Assembly (NCBI RefSeq): GCF_001194135.2
Contig: NC_069007.1
Span: 5,366,615 to 5,400,630, forward strand
Origin: Octopus bimaculoides
Taxonomy: Eukaryota
Reading direction: 5' to 3'
Length of the DNA stretch: 34,016 bases
Shown here piece by piece: positions 24,217 to 34,016 of this stretch. Made by a program: the position numbers and the translations under genes. The stretch's first letter is position 1. The number at the start of each line of letters is the position of its first letter. The notes beneath the pieces were generated by a model. The model was given only the letters and a program-made list of their open reading frames with translations, had not been told where the DNA came from and made no database searches.

Positions 24217-24380
24217 CTGCAACGAAAGACAACAGACAAAAAGAAAAATATTTTTAATACACTAGTGAGGGTTAGCAATGGTATCCCATGGCAACAATAG
24301 ACAACAGATAGACAGAAAAATATCATCTATACTCATGTATAAGTAGCATTCACATATAAGTTGCATTTGCATATAAGTTG

Positions 24381-24713
24381 TGGAGGCGTAATGGCCCAGT
24401 GGTTAGGGCAGCAGACTTGCGGTCATAGGATCGTGGTTTCGATTCCCAGACCGGGCATTGTGAGTGTTTATTGAGCAAAAACACCTAATGCTCCACAAGG
24501 CTCCAACAGGGGATGGTGGCGAACCCTGCTGTACTCTTTCACCATAACTTTCTCTCACTCTTACTTCCTGCTTCTGTTGTGCCAGTAATTCAAAGGGTCA
24601 GCCTTGTCACACTGTGTCACGCTGAATATCCCCGAGAACTACATTAAGGGTACACATGTCTGTGGAGTGCTCAGCCACTTGCACGTTAATTTCATGAGCA
24701 GGCTGTTCCGTTG
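24381..24713 (+). mobile_element. SINE family A (3' end lost in gap)
   Basis: Starts TGGAGGCGTAATGGCCCAGTGG and aligns to 11897-12283. Confidence 0.88.
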
Positions 24714-25406
24714 NNNNNNNNNNNNNNNNNNNNNNNNNNNNNNNNNNNNNNNNNNNNNNNNNNNNNNNNNNNNNNNNNNNNNNNNNNNNNNNNNNNNNNN
24801 NNNNNNNNNNNNNNNNNNNNNNNNNNNNNNNNNNNNNNNNNNNNNNNNNNNNNNNNNNNNNNNNNNNNNNNNNNNNNNNNNNNNNNNNNNNNNNNNNNNN
24901 NNNNNNNNNNNNNNNNNNNNNNNNNNNNNNNNNNNNNNNNNNNNNNNNNNNNNNNNNNNNNNNNNNNNNNNNNNNNNNNNNNNNNNNNNNNNNNNNNNNN
25001 NNNNNNNNNNNNNNNNNNNNNNNNNNNNNNNNNNNNNNNNNNNNNNNNNNNNNNNNNNNNNNNNNNNNNNNNNNNNNNNNNNNNNNNNNNNNNNNNNNNN
25101 NNNNNNNNNNNNNNNNNNNNNNNNNNNNNNNNNNNNNNNNNNNNNNNNNNNNNNNNNNNNNNNNNNNNNNNNNNNNNNNNNNNNNNNNNNNNNNNNNNNN
25201 NNNNNNNNNNNNNNNNNNNNNNNNNNNNNNNNNNNNNNNNNNNNNNNNNNNNNNNNNNNNNNNNNNNNNNNNNNNNNNNNNNNNNNNNNNNNNNNNNNNN
25301 NNNNNNNNNNNNNNNNNNNNNNNNNNNNNNNNNNNNNNNNNNNNNNNNNNNNNNNNNNNNNNNNNNNNNNNNNNNNNNNNNNNNNNNNNNNNNNNNNNNN
25401 NNNNNN

Positions 25407-25700
25407 TGAGCACTCCACAGACACGTGTACCCTTAACGTAGTTCTTGGGGATATTCAGCGTGACAGAGTGTGACAAGGCTGACCCCTTTGAATTACAGGC
25501 ACAACAGGAACAGGAAGTAAGAGTGAGAGAAAGTTGCGGTGGAAGAGTACAGCAGGGTTCGCCACCATCCCCTGCCGGAGCCTCGTGGAGCTTTAGGTGT
25601 TTTTGCTCAATAAACACTCACAACACCCGGTCTGGGAATCGAAACCGCGATCCTATGTCCGCGAGTCCGCTGCCCTAACCACTGGGCCATTGCACCTCCA
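25407..25700 (-). mobile_element. SINE family A (3' end lost in gap)
   Basis: Head at 25700 (TGGAGGTGCAATGGCCCAGTGG on the minus strand); inverted relative to 24381-24713. Confidence 0.88.
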
Positions 25701-25895
25701 CTTGGTAATGGTACCTCATCTACAATAGACAAAATGCTAAGCCTAAAATTCCTATTTATTTCTCATCCATTTTAATTTCATTGTATTCTAAACAAATATT
25801 TTTTATTAATTGTCAACGAAATCGAAATGAATGGGGAAAAATGATTTATATGCTCCACATTCTACCAATAAGCAATTAAAAAGTATAATGATTAC

Positions 25896-26009
25896 CTTTA
25901 GCCCAAAAAACCAGTGGGTGTGGGTCACCATAAACTTGACAGTTCAAAATTTTGGTTGAATTTTCTTCCGCAATAACATGTCCGATTGGTAGCAATATCA
26001 CAGGTGGAA
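25896..26009 (-). CDS. Ig I-set domain 1, N-terminal half (internal exon, 114 nt, phase 1-1) of an Ig-superfamily extracellular protein
   Basis: Minus strand: tttctttttatttttAG|TT CCA CCT...TGG GCT AAA G|GTaatc. Translates (V)PPVILLPIGHVIAEENSTKILNCQVYGDPHPLVFWAK, with the B-strand Cys, the GDPxP motif and the C-strand Trp. The final G joins AT of the next exon to give Asp. Confidence 0.92.
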
Positions 26010-26454
26010 CTAAAAATAAAAAGAAAAAAAGAAACCATCAAAAGCTAATTAAATCTCACCAATCTCACTAATGATTTGAAGTGACTGTGCAATTAAATGA
26101 TAGATTGGCAGAGTTCTTAGAGCATCAGACAAAAGTATCTTTTGTCATTTATTCAAGCTCTTTGTATTCTGAGTTAAAACCTCACTGAGGTCAGTTTTGT
26201 CTTTCTTCTTTCCAAGATTGATAAAATAAAGCACCAGTCCCATACTAGAGTTGATGGGGCTGATTCACATCCTAACTGTGGCCCTGTGCTTAAATTAGAA
26301 ACCTGGCAAAAAGGTTCAGTACCACTGTGTGGCACCTTGGGCATGTGTCTTCTCCTACAGCCTCAGGCTGACCAAAGCCTTTTGTGTGGATTTGGTAGAT
26401 GGAAACAGAAGACCATCATATATATGTGGGTGTGTGAGTATGTATGTTATTTCT

Positions 26455-26670
26455 TTACTACCCACAAGGGACTACACACAGAGGGGACAAACAAGAACAG
26501 ACAAATGGATTAAGTCGATTATATCGACCCCAGTGCGTAACTGGTACTTATTTAATCGACCCGAAAGGATGAAAGGCAAAGTTGACCTCGACGGAATTTG
26601 AACTCAGAACGTAGCGGCAGACGAAATACCGCTGAGTATTTCGCCCGGCGTGCTAACGATTCTGCCAGCA
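26455..26670 (-). mobile_element. SINE family D (central GGTCGACTTTGCCTTTCATCCTTTCGGGGTCGATAAATTAAGTACCAG-type domain)
   Basis: Well-preserved copy inserted in a family-B SINE. Decayed relatives occur at ~9690-9825, ~13930-14060, ~19500-19700 and ~26100-26260. Confidence 0.7.
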
Positions 26671-27030
26671 CACCACCTGTGTCTATGTCTGTGTTTGTCT
26701 TCCTCACCCCAGCTTGACAACTGATGTTAGTGTGTTCATGTCCCTGTAACTTAGTGGTTCAGCAAAAGTGACTGATAGAATAAGCACCAGGCTTTTAGAA
26801 AAAGAAGTACTGGTGTTGATTTGTTTGACTGAAAATTCTTCAAGGTGGTGCTCCATTATGGCCACAGCCTAATGGCTGAAACAAGTGAAATATAAAAGTT
26901 CAAAGATATATGTGTGCGTGTGTGTGTGTGTGTATGTATATGTGTATACGTATGTATGTATGTGTATCTTTGTGTTTTGTGTTCTCCCCCCACTGCCACT
27001 TCACAACTGGTGTTGGATTTTTTTTTTTTT

Positions 27031-27764
27031 ACTTGTTTCAGTCNNNNNNNNNNNNNNNNNNNNNNNNNNNNNNNNNNNNNNNNNNNNNNNNNNNNNNNNN
27101 NNNNNNNNNNNNNNNNNNNNNNNNNNNNNNNNNNNNNNNNNNNNNNNNNNNNNNNNNNNNNNNNNNNNNNNNNNNNNNNNNNNNNNNNNNNNNNNNNNNN
27201 NNNNNNNNNNNNNNNNNNNNNNNNNNNNNNNNNNNNNNNNNNNNNNNNNNNNNNNNNNNNNNNNNNNNNNNNNNNNNNNNNNNNNNNNNNNNNNNNNNNN
27301 NNNNNNNNNNNNNNNNNNNNNNNNNNNNNNNNNNNNNNNNNNNNNNNNNNNNNNNNNNNNNNNNNNNNNNNNNNNNNNNNNNNNNNNNNNNNNNNNNNNN
27401 NNNNNNNNNNNNNNNNNNNNNNNNNNNNNNNNNNNNNNNNNNNNNNNNNNNNNNNNNNNNNNNNNNNNNNNNNNNNNNNNNNNNNNNNNNNNNNNNNNNN
27501 NNNNNNNNNNNNNNNNNNNNNNNNNNNNNNNNNNNNNNNNNNNNNNNNNNNNNNNNNNNNNNNNNNNNNNNNNNNNNNNNNNNNNNNNNNNNNNNNNNNN
27601 NNNNNNNNNNNNNNNNNNNNNNNNNNNNNNNNNNNNNNNNNNNNNNNNNNNNNNNNNNNNNNNNNNNNNNNNNNNNNNNNNNNNNNNNNNNNNNNNNNNN
27701 NNNNNNNNNNNNNNNNNNNNNNNNNNNNNNNNNNNNNNNNNNNNNNNNNNNNNNNNNNNNNNNN

Positions 27765-27801
<37 letters not shown>

Positions 27802-27975
27802 CATACATATATACGACGAGCTTCTTTCAGTTTCCGTCTACCAAATCCACTCACAAGGCTTTGGTCAGCCCGAGGCTTTAGTAGAAGACACTTGCCCAAG
27901 GTGCCACGCAGTGGGACTGAACCACGAACCATATGGTTGGTTAGCAAGCTACTTACCACACAGCTACTCCTGCAC
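27031..27975 (-). mobile_element. SINE family B spanning an assembly gap
   Basis: Tail start at 27031-27043, head and core at 27800-27975, with a (TA)n centre next to the gap. The two ends may belong to separate copies. Confidence 0.6.
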
Positions 27976-28614
27976 CTACATCTCTATAATATAATGACTC
28001 AGCAAATGCAGTTCAGCAATGGAATAAGAACCAGACTTTAAAAAATCAGTACCAGGGTCAATTTATTTGGCTAAAACCCTTCAAAGTTATGCCCCAGCAT
28101 GGCCAAAGTGTAATGAGTGAAACAAGTAAAGAGGAGTGAATGTGATAAATGGGAGTTGGCTGGAAATGTGGGGGTTGTCATGGCTGGAATTATTTCTATT
28201 GTTGGAGTATGCGCTCAAAGATGCCTTGGGACTAAGTTGTACTAACTTTATAAACCTGCAACACCAATTTGTATCAATCAATTTATATCAATTAATAAAT
28301 TTATAAATAATTATGTCTCTTAATGATATCAAACTAATTATCTAGAAGGCAATTATGCTCATTTACATGAAGCGAATGGCTATTAATAATATAATTATTA
28401 TTCCTAGAAAGTGAAGAATTTGTACCATATAATCGGTTATTATTTCCAGGGGTGGGGTGATGGTATCAATTCATCCCCTCCCCTCAAAATTTGTTGGTCT
28501 TGTGCTTGAAAATTAGAAACTATTATAGTTACTTCTTTGAATTTTTATTTTAGGTAATTTGCAATATTAAAAACGAAAATTACATATACATACATACATA
28601 CATACATACATACA

Positions 28615-28842
28615 TTGCTGTTGGCACTCCATTGCTTACGACGACGAGGGTTCCAGTTGATCCAATCAACGGAACAGCCTGCTCGGGAAGTTAACATGCA
28701 AGTGGCTGAGCACTCCACAGACACGTGTACCCTTAACGTAGTTCTTGGGGATAGTGTGACAAGGTTGACCCTTTTGAATTACAGGCACAACAGAAACGGG
28801 AAGTAAGAGTGAGAGAAAGTTGTAGTGGAAGAGTACAGCAGG
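28615..28842 (-). mobile_element. SINE family A, 3' part with a small internal deletion
   Basis: Aligns to 5211-5450 and lacks the ttcagcgtgac segment; head lost in gap. Confidence 0.85.
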
Positions 28843-29236
28843 NNNNNNNNNNNNNNNNNNNNNNNNNNNNNNNNNNNNNNNNNNNNNNNNNNNNNNNNNN
28901 NNNNNNNNNNNNNNNNNNNNNNNNNNNNNNNNNNNNNNNNNNNNNNNNNNNNNNNNNNNNNNNNNNNNNNNNNNNNNNNNNNNNNNNNNNNNNNNNNNNN
29001 NNNNNNNNNNNNNNNNNNNNNNNNNNNNNNNNNNNNNNNNNNNNNNNNNNNNNNNNNNNNNNNNNNNNNNNNNNNNNNNNNNNNNNNNNNNNNNNNNNNN
29101 NNNNNNNNNNNNNNNNNNNNNNNNNNNNNNNNNNNNNNNNNNNNNNNNNNNNNNNNNNNNNNNNNNNNNNNNNNNNNNNNNNNNNNNNNNNNNNNNNNNN
29201 NNNNNNNNNNNNNNNNNNNNNNNNNNNNNNNNNNNN

Positions 29237-29287
<51 letters not shown>

Positions 29288-29689
29288 CATGTATATATAC
29301 ATGCATATATACATATATATATATATTAAACACATGCACATATATATGTACTTATATACACATGTATATATAAATACACACACATGTACTTGCACATGTA
29401 TATATGTATACATACACATACACATACACACATATACATATTAAATAAATATACATACATGTAATATACATGCATATATATAAAATATATGTCTTATTAT
29501 TTCTATTTATGAATATAAAATGCTTTTTGAATGCCGGAAATAATCATCAGAATAAATGAATTTAAAATTACCACAAAGCTAATGAGTTAATGAATAAGAA
29601 TGATAAATATACCAAGTTGTTCATTTAATTAACTTGAATAATTATATTAATACTCAATTTATTAAAGAAAGTTAAGATGCAGGAGTTAA

Positions 29690-30018
29690 GGCACAGGAGT
29701 GGCTGTGTGGTAAGTAGCTTGCTTACCAACCACATGGTTCCGGGTTCAGTCCCACTGCTTGGCACCTTGGGCAAGTGTCTTATACTATAGCCTCGGGCCT
29801 TGTGAGTGGATTTAATAGACGGAAACTGAAAGAAGCCCGTCGTATGTATGTATGTGTGTGTATATGTTTGTGTAACTTAGCAGTTCGGCAAAAGGAGACT
29901 GATAGAATAAGTAGTAGGCTTATAAAGAATAAGTCCTGGGGTCGATTTGCTCAACTAAAGGCGGTGCTCCAGCATGGCCGCAGTCAAATGACTGAAACAA
30001 GTAAAAGAGTAAAAGAGT
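29690..30018 (+). mobile_element. SINE family B
   Basis: CAGGAGTGGCTGTGTGGTAAGTAGCTTGC head through ...GAAACAAGTAAAAGAGTAAAAGAG tail. Confidence 0.85.
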
Positions 30019-30636
30019 ATGCAAGCATGGCTATGTGGTTGAGAAGCTTGTTTCATAACCACATGGTTCAAGGTTCAGTCCCATTACATGGCAAATTGGG
30101 TAAGTGTCTTTTACTAAAGAGCTGTCACAACTAATGCCACAAGAAAGAAATTTGTAGACAGAAATTAAAAGAAGCTCACTGAGGCATAATTGCATGCTTA
30201 AGAAGTTTACTTGTCAACTACATGGTTTCAGGTTCAATACCGCTTCTTGGTAGCTTGGGTAAAAGTCTTCTGCTTTGGGTTGACCAATGCTTTGTAAGTG
30301 GATTTTGTAGATGGAAACTGAGAAAACGCCCATCATGTATGTGTGTGTGTGTGTGTATATATTTATATAGGCACATACACCCGTACATCATCATTGTTTA
30401 ACATCTGACTTCCATGATGGTATGGGTTGGACAGTTTGACAGGAGCCAATGAAGTAGAACACTGCACCAGACTTTGTGTCTTTCAGTTTCCGTCTACCAA
30501 ATCCACTCACAAGGCTTTGGTTGGCCCAAGGCTATAGGAGAAGACACTTGCCCAAAGTGCCACACAGTGGGACTGAACTCGGAACCATGTGGTTAGTAAG
30601 CAAGCCTCTCACCACAAAGTTACTTCTGCGCGTATA

Positions 30637-31035
30637 TATATAAAATTTGTGGGTAAGGCCAGAACAATGCGAAATAAATCCAAGGCGAATCACAAAAAAA
30701 GGGGCATATGAATTAATGGTGATGCCCTGCATTCAATATTTCAGGGTTATGACTGTTCTTCGCGAATTAGCAAATGTTTCAAATGTAACCCTTCTGCGCA
30801 TGTGAACCTTCTGTTTATGTCTACTCCATACATACTCACACACATGTACATCTGCAACATTTGTTAATTCTTGAGGAGAGTTACATTTACAACATTTGCT
30901 AATTCCTGAAGAGGGGTCATAACCCTGAAATATTGAATGTAGGGTAAGTCACCATTAATTCCTATGCCTGTTTTCTTGTGATTTTGCCTTGGATTTATTT
31001 CACATTGTTCTGGCCTTACTCACAAATTTTATATA
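30637..31035. mobile_element. ~400-bp inverted-repeat (fold-back) element with hammerhead-bearing arms; probable Penelope-like pLTR derivative or MITE-like element
   Basis: Arms 30637-~30792 and ~30877-31035 (~155 bp each) are reverse complements, with termini TATATAAAATTTGTG/CACAAATTTTATATA, an ~84-nt spacer and TA-rich ends. The Penelope assignment is inferred from the hammerheads. Confidence 0.75.
30899..30942 (+). ncRNA. Minimal type I hammerhead ribozyme (Penelope-like type, antisense to host gene)
   Basis: CUAAUUC-CUGAAGA-GGGGU caua ACCCU-GAAA-UA-UU-GAAU(G)UAG. 7-bp stem I with one bulge, intact core, 5-bp stem II (closing pair is a G-U wobble), stem III reduced to the palindrome AUAU. 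Confidence 0.68.
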
Positions 31036-32649
31036 ATATATTCCACACATTGTGTCCTTGAGCAAGACACTTTATTTCATGTTGCTCCATTCCATTCAGC
31101 TGGTAAAAATTAGTTGTACCTGTGATTCAAAGGGCCCAGCCTTGTTACATTCTATGTACCCCCTCCCCCACACACACATGCACAAATAAACACACACACA
31201 CATAGCATCAATGAAAAAGTACAGTGAACTTGTGAGGAATGAAAAGATCCAATATTCTAGACTGAGTCCTTGGGGGGAAATCTGACAGGAGAGAGTTAAT
31301 AACAGACATCAAAATTGAACTGGCTGCAGCTGATGAGGAACATTAGACTACAGGAGCTTCAAGCATACATGAACAGTGAATAGTAAGAGAGAGAGAGAAT
31401 TGGTGAGAGAGAACCAGTTTTTCTAACTTAGAAGATATAAAATTTCTGCTGTCTCTCATTAATTTCTCTCTCATCAGTTTTTCTTTGAAGAAGGACTCCA
31501 TCTAAAAAGTTTAATTTTACACACGTCATGGCAAGTTCAGTGTACTTGTTATTTCAATTTTACTAAATAATGCAAGTCTTGCTGATACAGACCAACACTA
31601 GTCAATTATTTTGGATTCTGTTTGATCATCTAATAATGCTGTTCCAAGTTTGTGTGTGTGAGTGTGTGTGTGTGTGTATGGAGATACATGCAATGAGTGT
31701 GTGTCAATGTTTATATACCCCATGTTTATCACCACTAGAGCGTAGTGGTGATGAACATACAAGATATAATGTTGTTGACAATACTTGTTGACATTATGAC
31801 TGGTTACTCTGTGCTTTTAAAGACCTGCGGAAAATATTAAAAATAAAAATATCCTTTACTTGAAAAGGCAGGTAAGACAACTGAAAAAGCATCCAGTCAT
31901 AAAATATCAAAAAAAAAAAAAAAAAGGAAAACAAGAAATTTTAACCCTTTCCCCACCCCTGGATCTTTCAAATAATGTAGTCAACTGTTGGAAGAAAATA
32001 AAAAAAAAATGTGCTGGCTACTGTTAGAATCCCTTTCATCTGCTGGATCATTGCTAATGTGAGGGCGAAATAACAATAATAATGAAATCTATGAAAGTGT
32101 AAATTTCTTTTGATTGCATAAAAAAGATCGATTTTCTTTTGGATTTAGTTATTGAAAGGGTGGACAGAAATAAAAATCAATATATTACATCAAAAGGAAT
32201 AGTTGACCCTGTCTACCCCACTTCAGCTCCATCACCACCGTCTCTTACACAAGCAACAGACACAGTGTCCTCCTGCCTCTCTACCTACCTACCTACCTAC
32301 CTGCCTGCCTACCAGTTCCAGTTGGTACACATGAAAGCAATGAACAAATTTTAACTCAACCTCGTGGCGTTGTTATAACCTATGTACCATCAAACTTTTC
32401 ACATAACTTTACTATGCTACATTCAGTTCAGTGAACTACTATGTGATAGGTACAAGTCTGGTTTTTATAGTGTATTACCATGCTTATTATTATCATTACT
32501 ATTATTATTATTATTATTGATATATTTATTTGCAGTTTGAAGAATTGATTTTGAGAAAGTTTTATTTCATTTTTTAAAAAACTTATTTTCGCAGAATTGT
32601 TTTATGTAGGTTTGTTATCCAATATTTGTTTTTATTTTAGTCATTTATG

Positions 32650-32682
<33 letters not shown>

Positions 32683-32924
32683 CTTTGTTGTTGTCAGTGT
32701 TGCTTCTGTTGTTGTTTGTTTTTGGTTCTGAGTAACTTTAAAGCATTACTAATTCGGTAACGTAGAACGCAACAAGAGACTGTTTTTCTTTTTTTTCTTT
32801 CTTTTTTGACTCTTTTTGCAGGCACGTACAAGTTTCAAGCCAGAAACGAAATTTCCCTGCGATTTCTAAATTTCTATACGTCTTTGCAGGTGAGTGAACA
32901 TGAATTCCAGCATAGATACATCGG

Positions 32925-33510
32925 GAAGAAGAAGAAGAAGAAGAAGAAGAAGAAGAACTTGGAGCAAATAAACGTCAGCAAAATCTTACTGATGTATGTA
33001 ATATTGGTGGAAGAAGAAAGAAAGAAGAAGAAGAAGAAGAAGAAGAAGAAGGGAGGAGGAGGAGAAAAAGAAGAAGAAGAAGAAGAAGGAGAAGAAGAAG
33101 AAGAAGAAGAAGAAAAAAGAAGAAGAAGGAGGAGGAGGAGAAGAAGAAGAAGGAGAAGAAAAAAAAGAAGAAAGAAGAAGAAGAAGAAAAAGAAGAAGAA
33201 AAAGAAGAAGAAGAAAAAGAAGAAGGAGGAGGAGAAGGAGGAGGAGAAGAAGAAGAAGGAGGAGAAGGAGAAGAAAAAAAGAAGAAAGAAGAAAAAGAAA
33301 GGAGGAGGAGGAGGAGGAGGAGGAGAAAAGAGAAAATGAAGCAGAAGAAAAAGAAGATGCAAAGAAGAGAAAGTAGGGAAGAAAAGGTGGAGGAGGAGGA
33401 GAAGAAGAAGAAAACGATGAAGAAGAGAGAAGAATGAGAAGAAATGGAAGAAGAAGAAGAGGGAAGAAAAAAAAATGAAGAGGAAGGACAACAACAACAA
33501 CAGCAGCAGC
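32925..33510. repeat. (GAA)n/(GGA)n purine tract ending in (CAA)/(CAG)
   Basis: Direct inspection; source of the poly-K/E/F/S ORFs. Confidence 0.95.
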
Positions 33511-34016
33511 AGAAAAGGATAAAAACAAAACAATAAAAGCGGGGACAGAAAAAAGGGGGTTTCTATAGCAGTAAATGAAGGAACGCAGCATGAAGTCTTC
33601 AAGATGCAATGCAATAATTCTTTTAACAATAAAAAAATAAAATAAATAAAAAAAAAGAGTGATGCTGGCAGATTCATATGGAAATGGGCTTCAAAATACG
33701 ATGGAATTGGTAAAAGAGGAAATTTTGATTTGAAGGCTGTTGCTGTTGTTGTTGTTGTTGTTGTTGCTTCACCTCAAGTCAGTCTTCGTTAAGCCTTTTG
33801 AAACCAACCTGCCAAAGACCTCACCCCCTCGCCATTTGGTTCTGCAAAACGATCTTCATGTTTTAAGTAATCGAAATTATTCTAATCTAAAACCTAAATC
33901 TTTGCATCAAAATATCATGTTTCCAAATATCATGTTTCCAAGCGTCAGATTATTAATAATGGTTTTTCAAATTTTGACACAGGGCCAGAAATTTCAGGGG
34001 AAGGGGGTAAATCAAC

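Larger units (their letters stand above)
8135..29236. other. Assembly gaps: 8135-8144, 12959-13575, 16486-16495, 18584-19416, 24714-25406, 27044-27764, 28843-29236
   Basis: N runs, mostly abutting SINEs or microsatellites. The span given only brackets the first and last gap. Confidence 0.99.

Noticed and set aside
12749-29444. Long ORFs made mostly of X
   Set aside because: Artefacts of translating through N gaps.
29490-29560. Minus-strand CTGATGA...GAAA in AT-rich DNA
   Set aside because: Stems I and II do not form; chance match.
32806-33677. Poly-K/E/F/S ORFs
   Set aside because: (GAA)n/(GGA)n tract; open frames on both strands are expected from composition.
26010-34016. Search for the next upstream exon of the Ig gene
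   Set aside because: Candidates at ~31760-31830 and ~33820-33845 have stops or the wrong phase. The exon probably lies outside the window or in a gap.

Overview
Eukaryotic, repeat-rich, gapped genomic DNA (seven N-runs). The SINE/LINE families look like those of octopus; this is recognition from memory, not a database result. The window lies inside one minus-strand gene. Four GT-AG exons (25896-26009, 24061-24216, 3436-3551, 1751-1904) splice in frame into 179 full codons forming two tandem 90-aa Ig I-set domains of an extracellular or cell-surface protein; the ORF track misses two of these exons. The rest is intronic: several SINE families, decayed R4/Dong and RTE LINE fragments, micro- and minisatellites. 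The most notable signals are RNA-level. (1) An intact-looking type I hammerhead ribozyme in the sense orientation, starting 134 nt into the intron after exon 24061-24216. (2) A ~400-bp inverted-repeat element with mirror-image minimal hammerheads, where only the copy antisense to the gene keeps its catalytic core. (3) Three copies of one exon's 3' splice site, one of which could create a SINE-derived poison exon. (4) A 2-nt intron-position shift between the two gaplessly alignable Ig domains.
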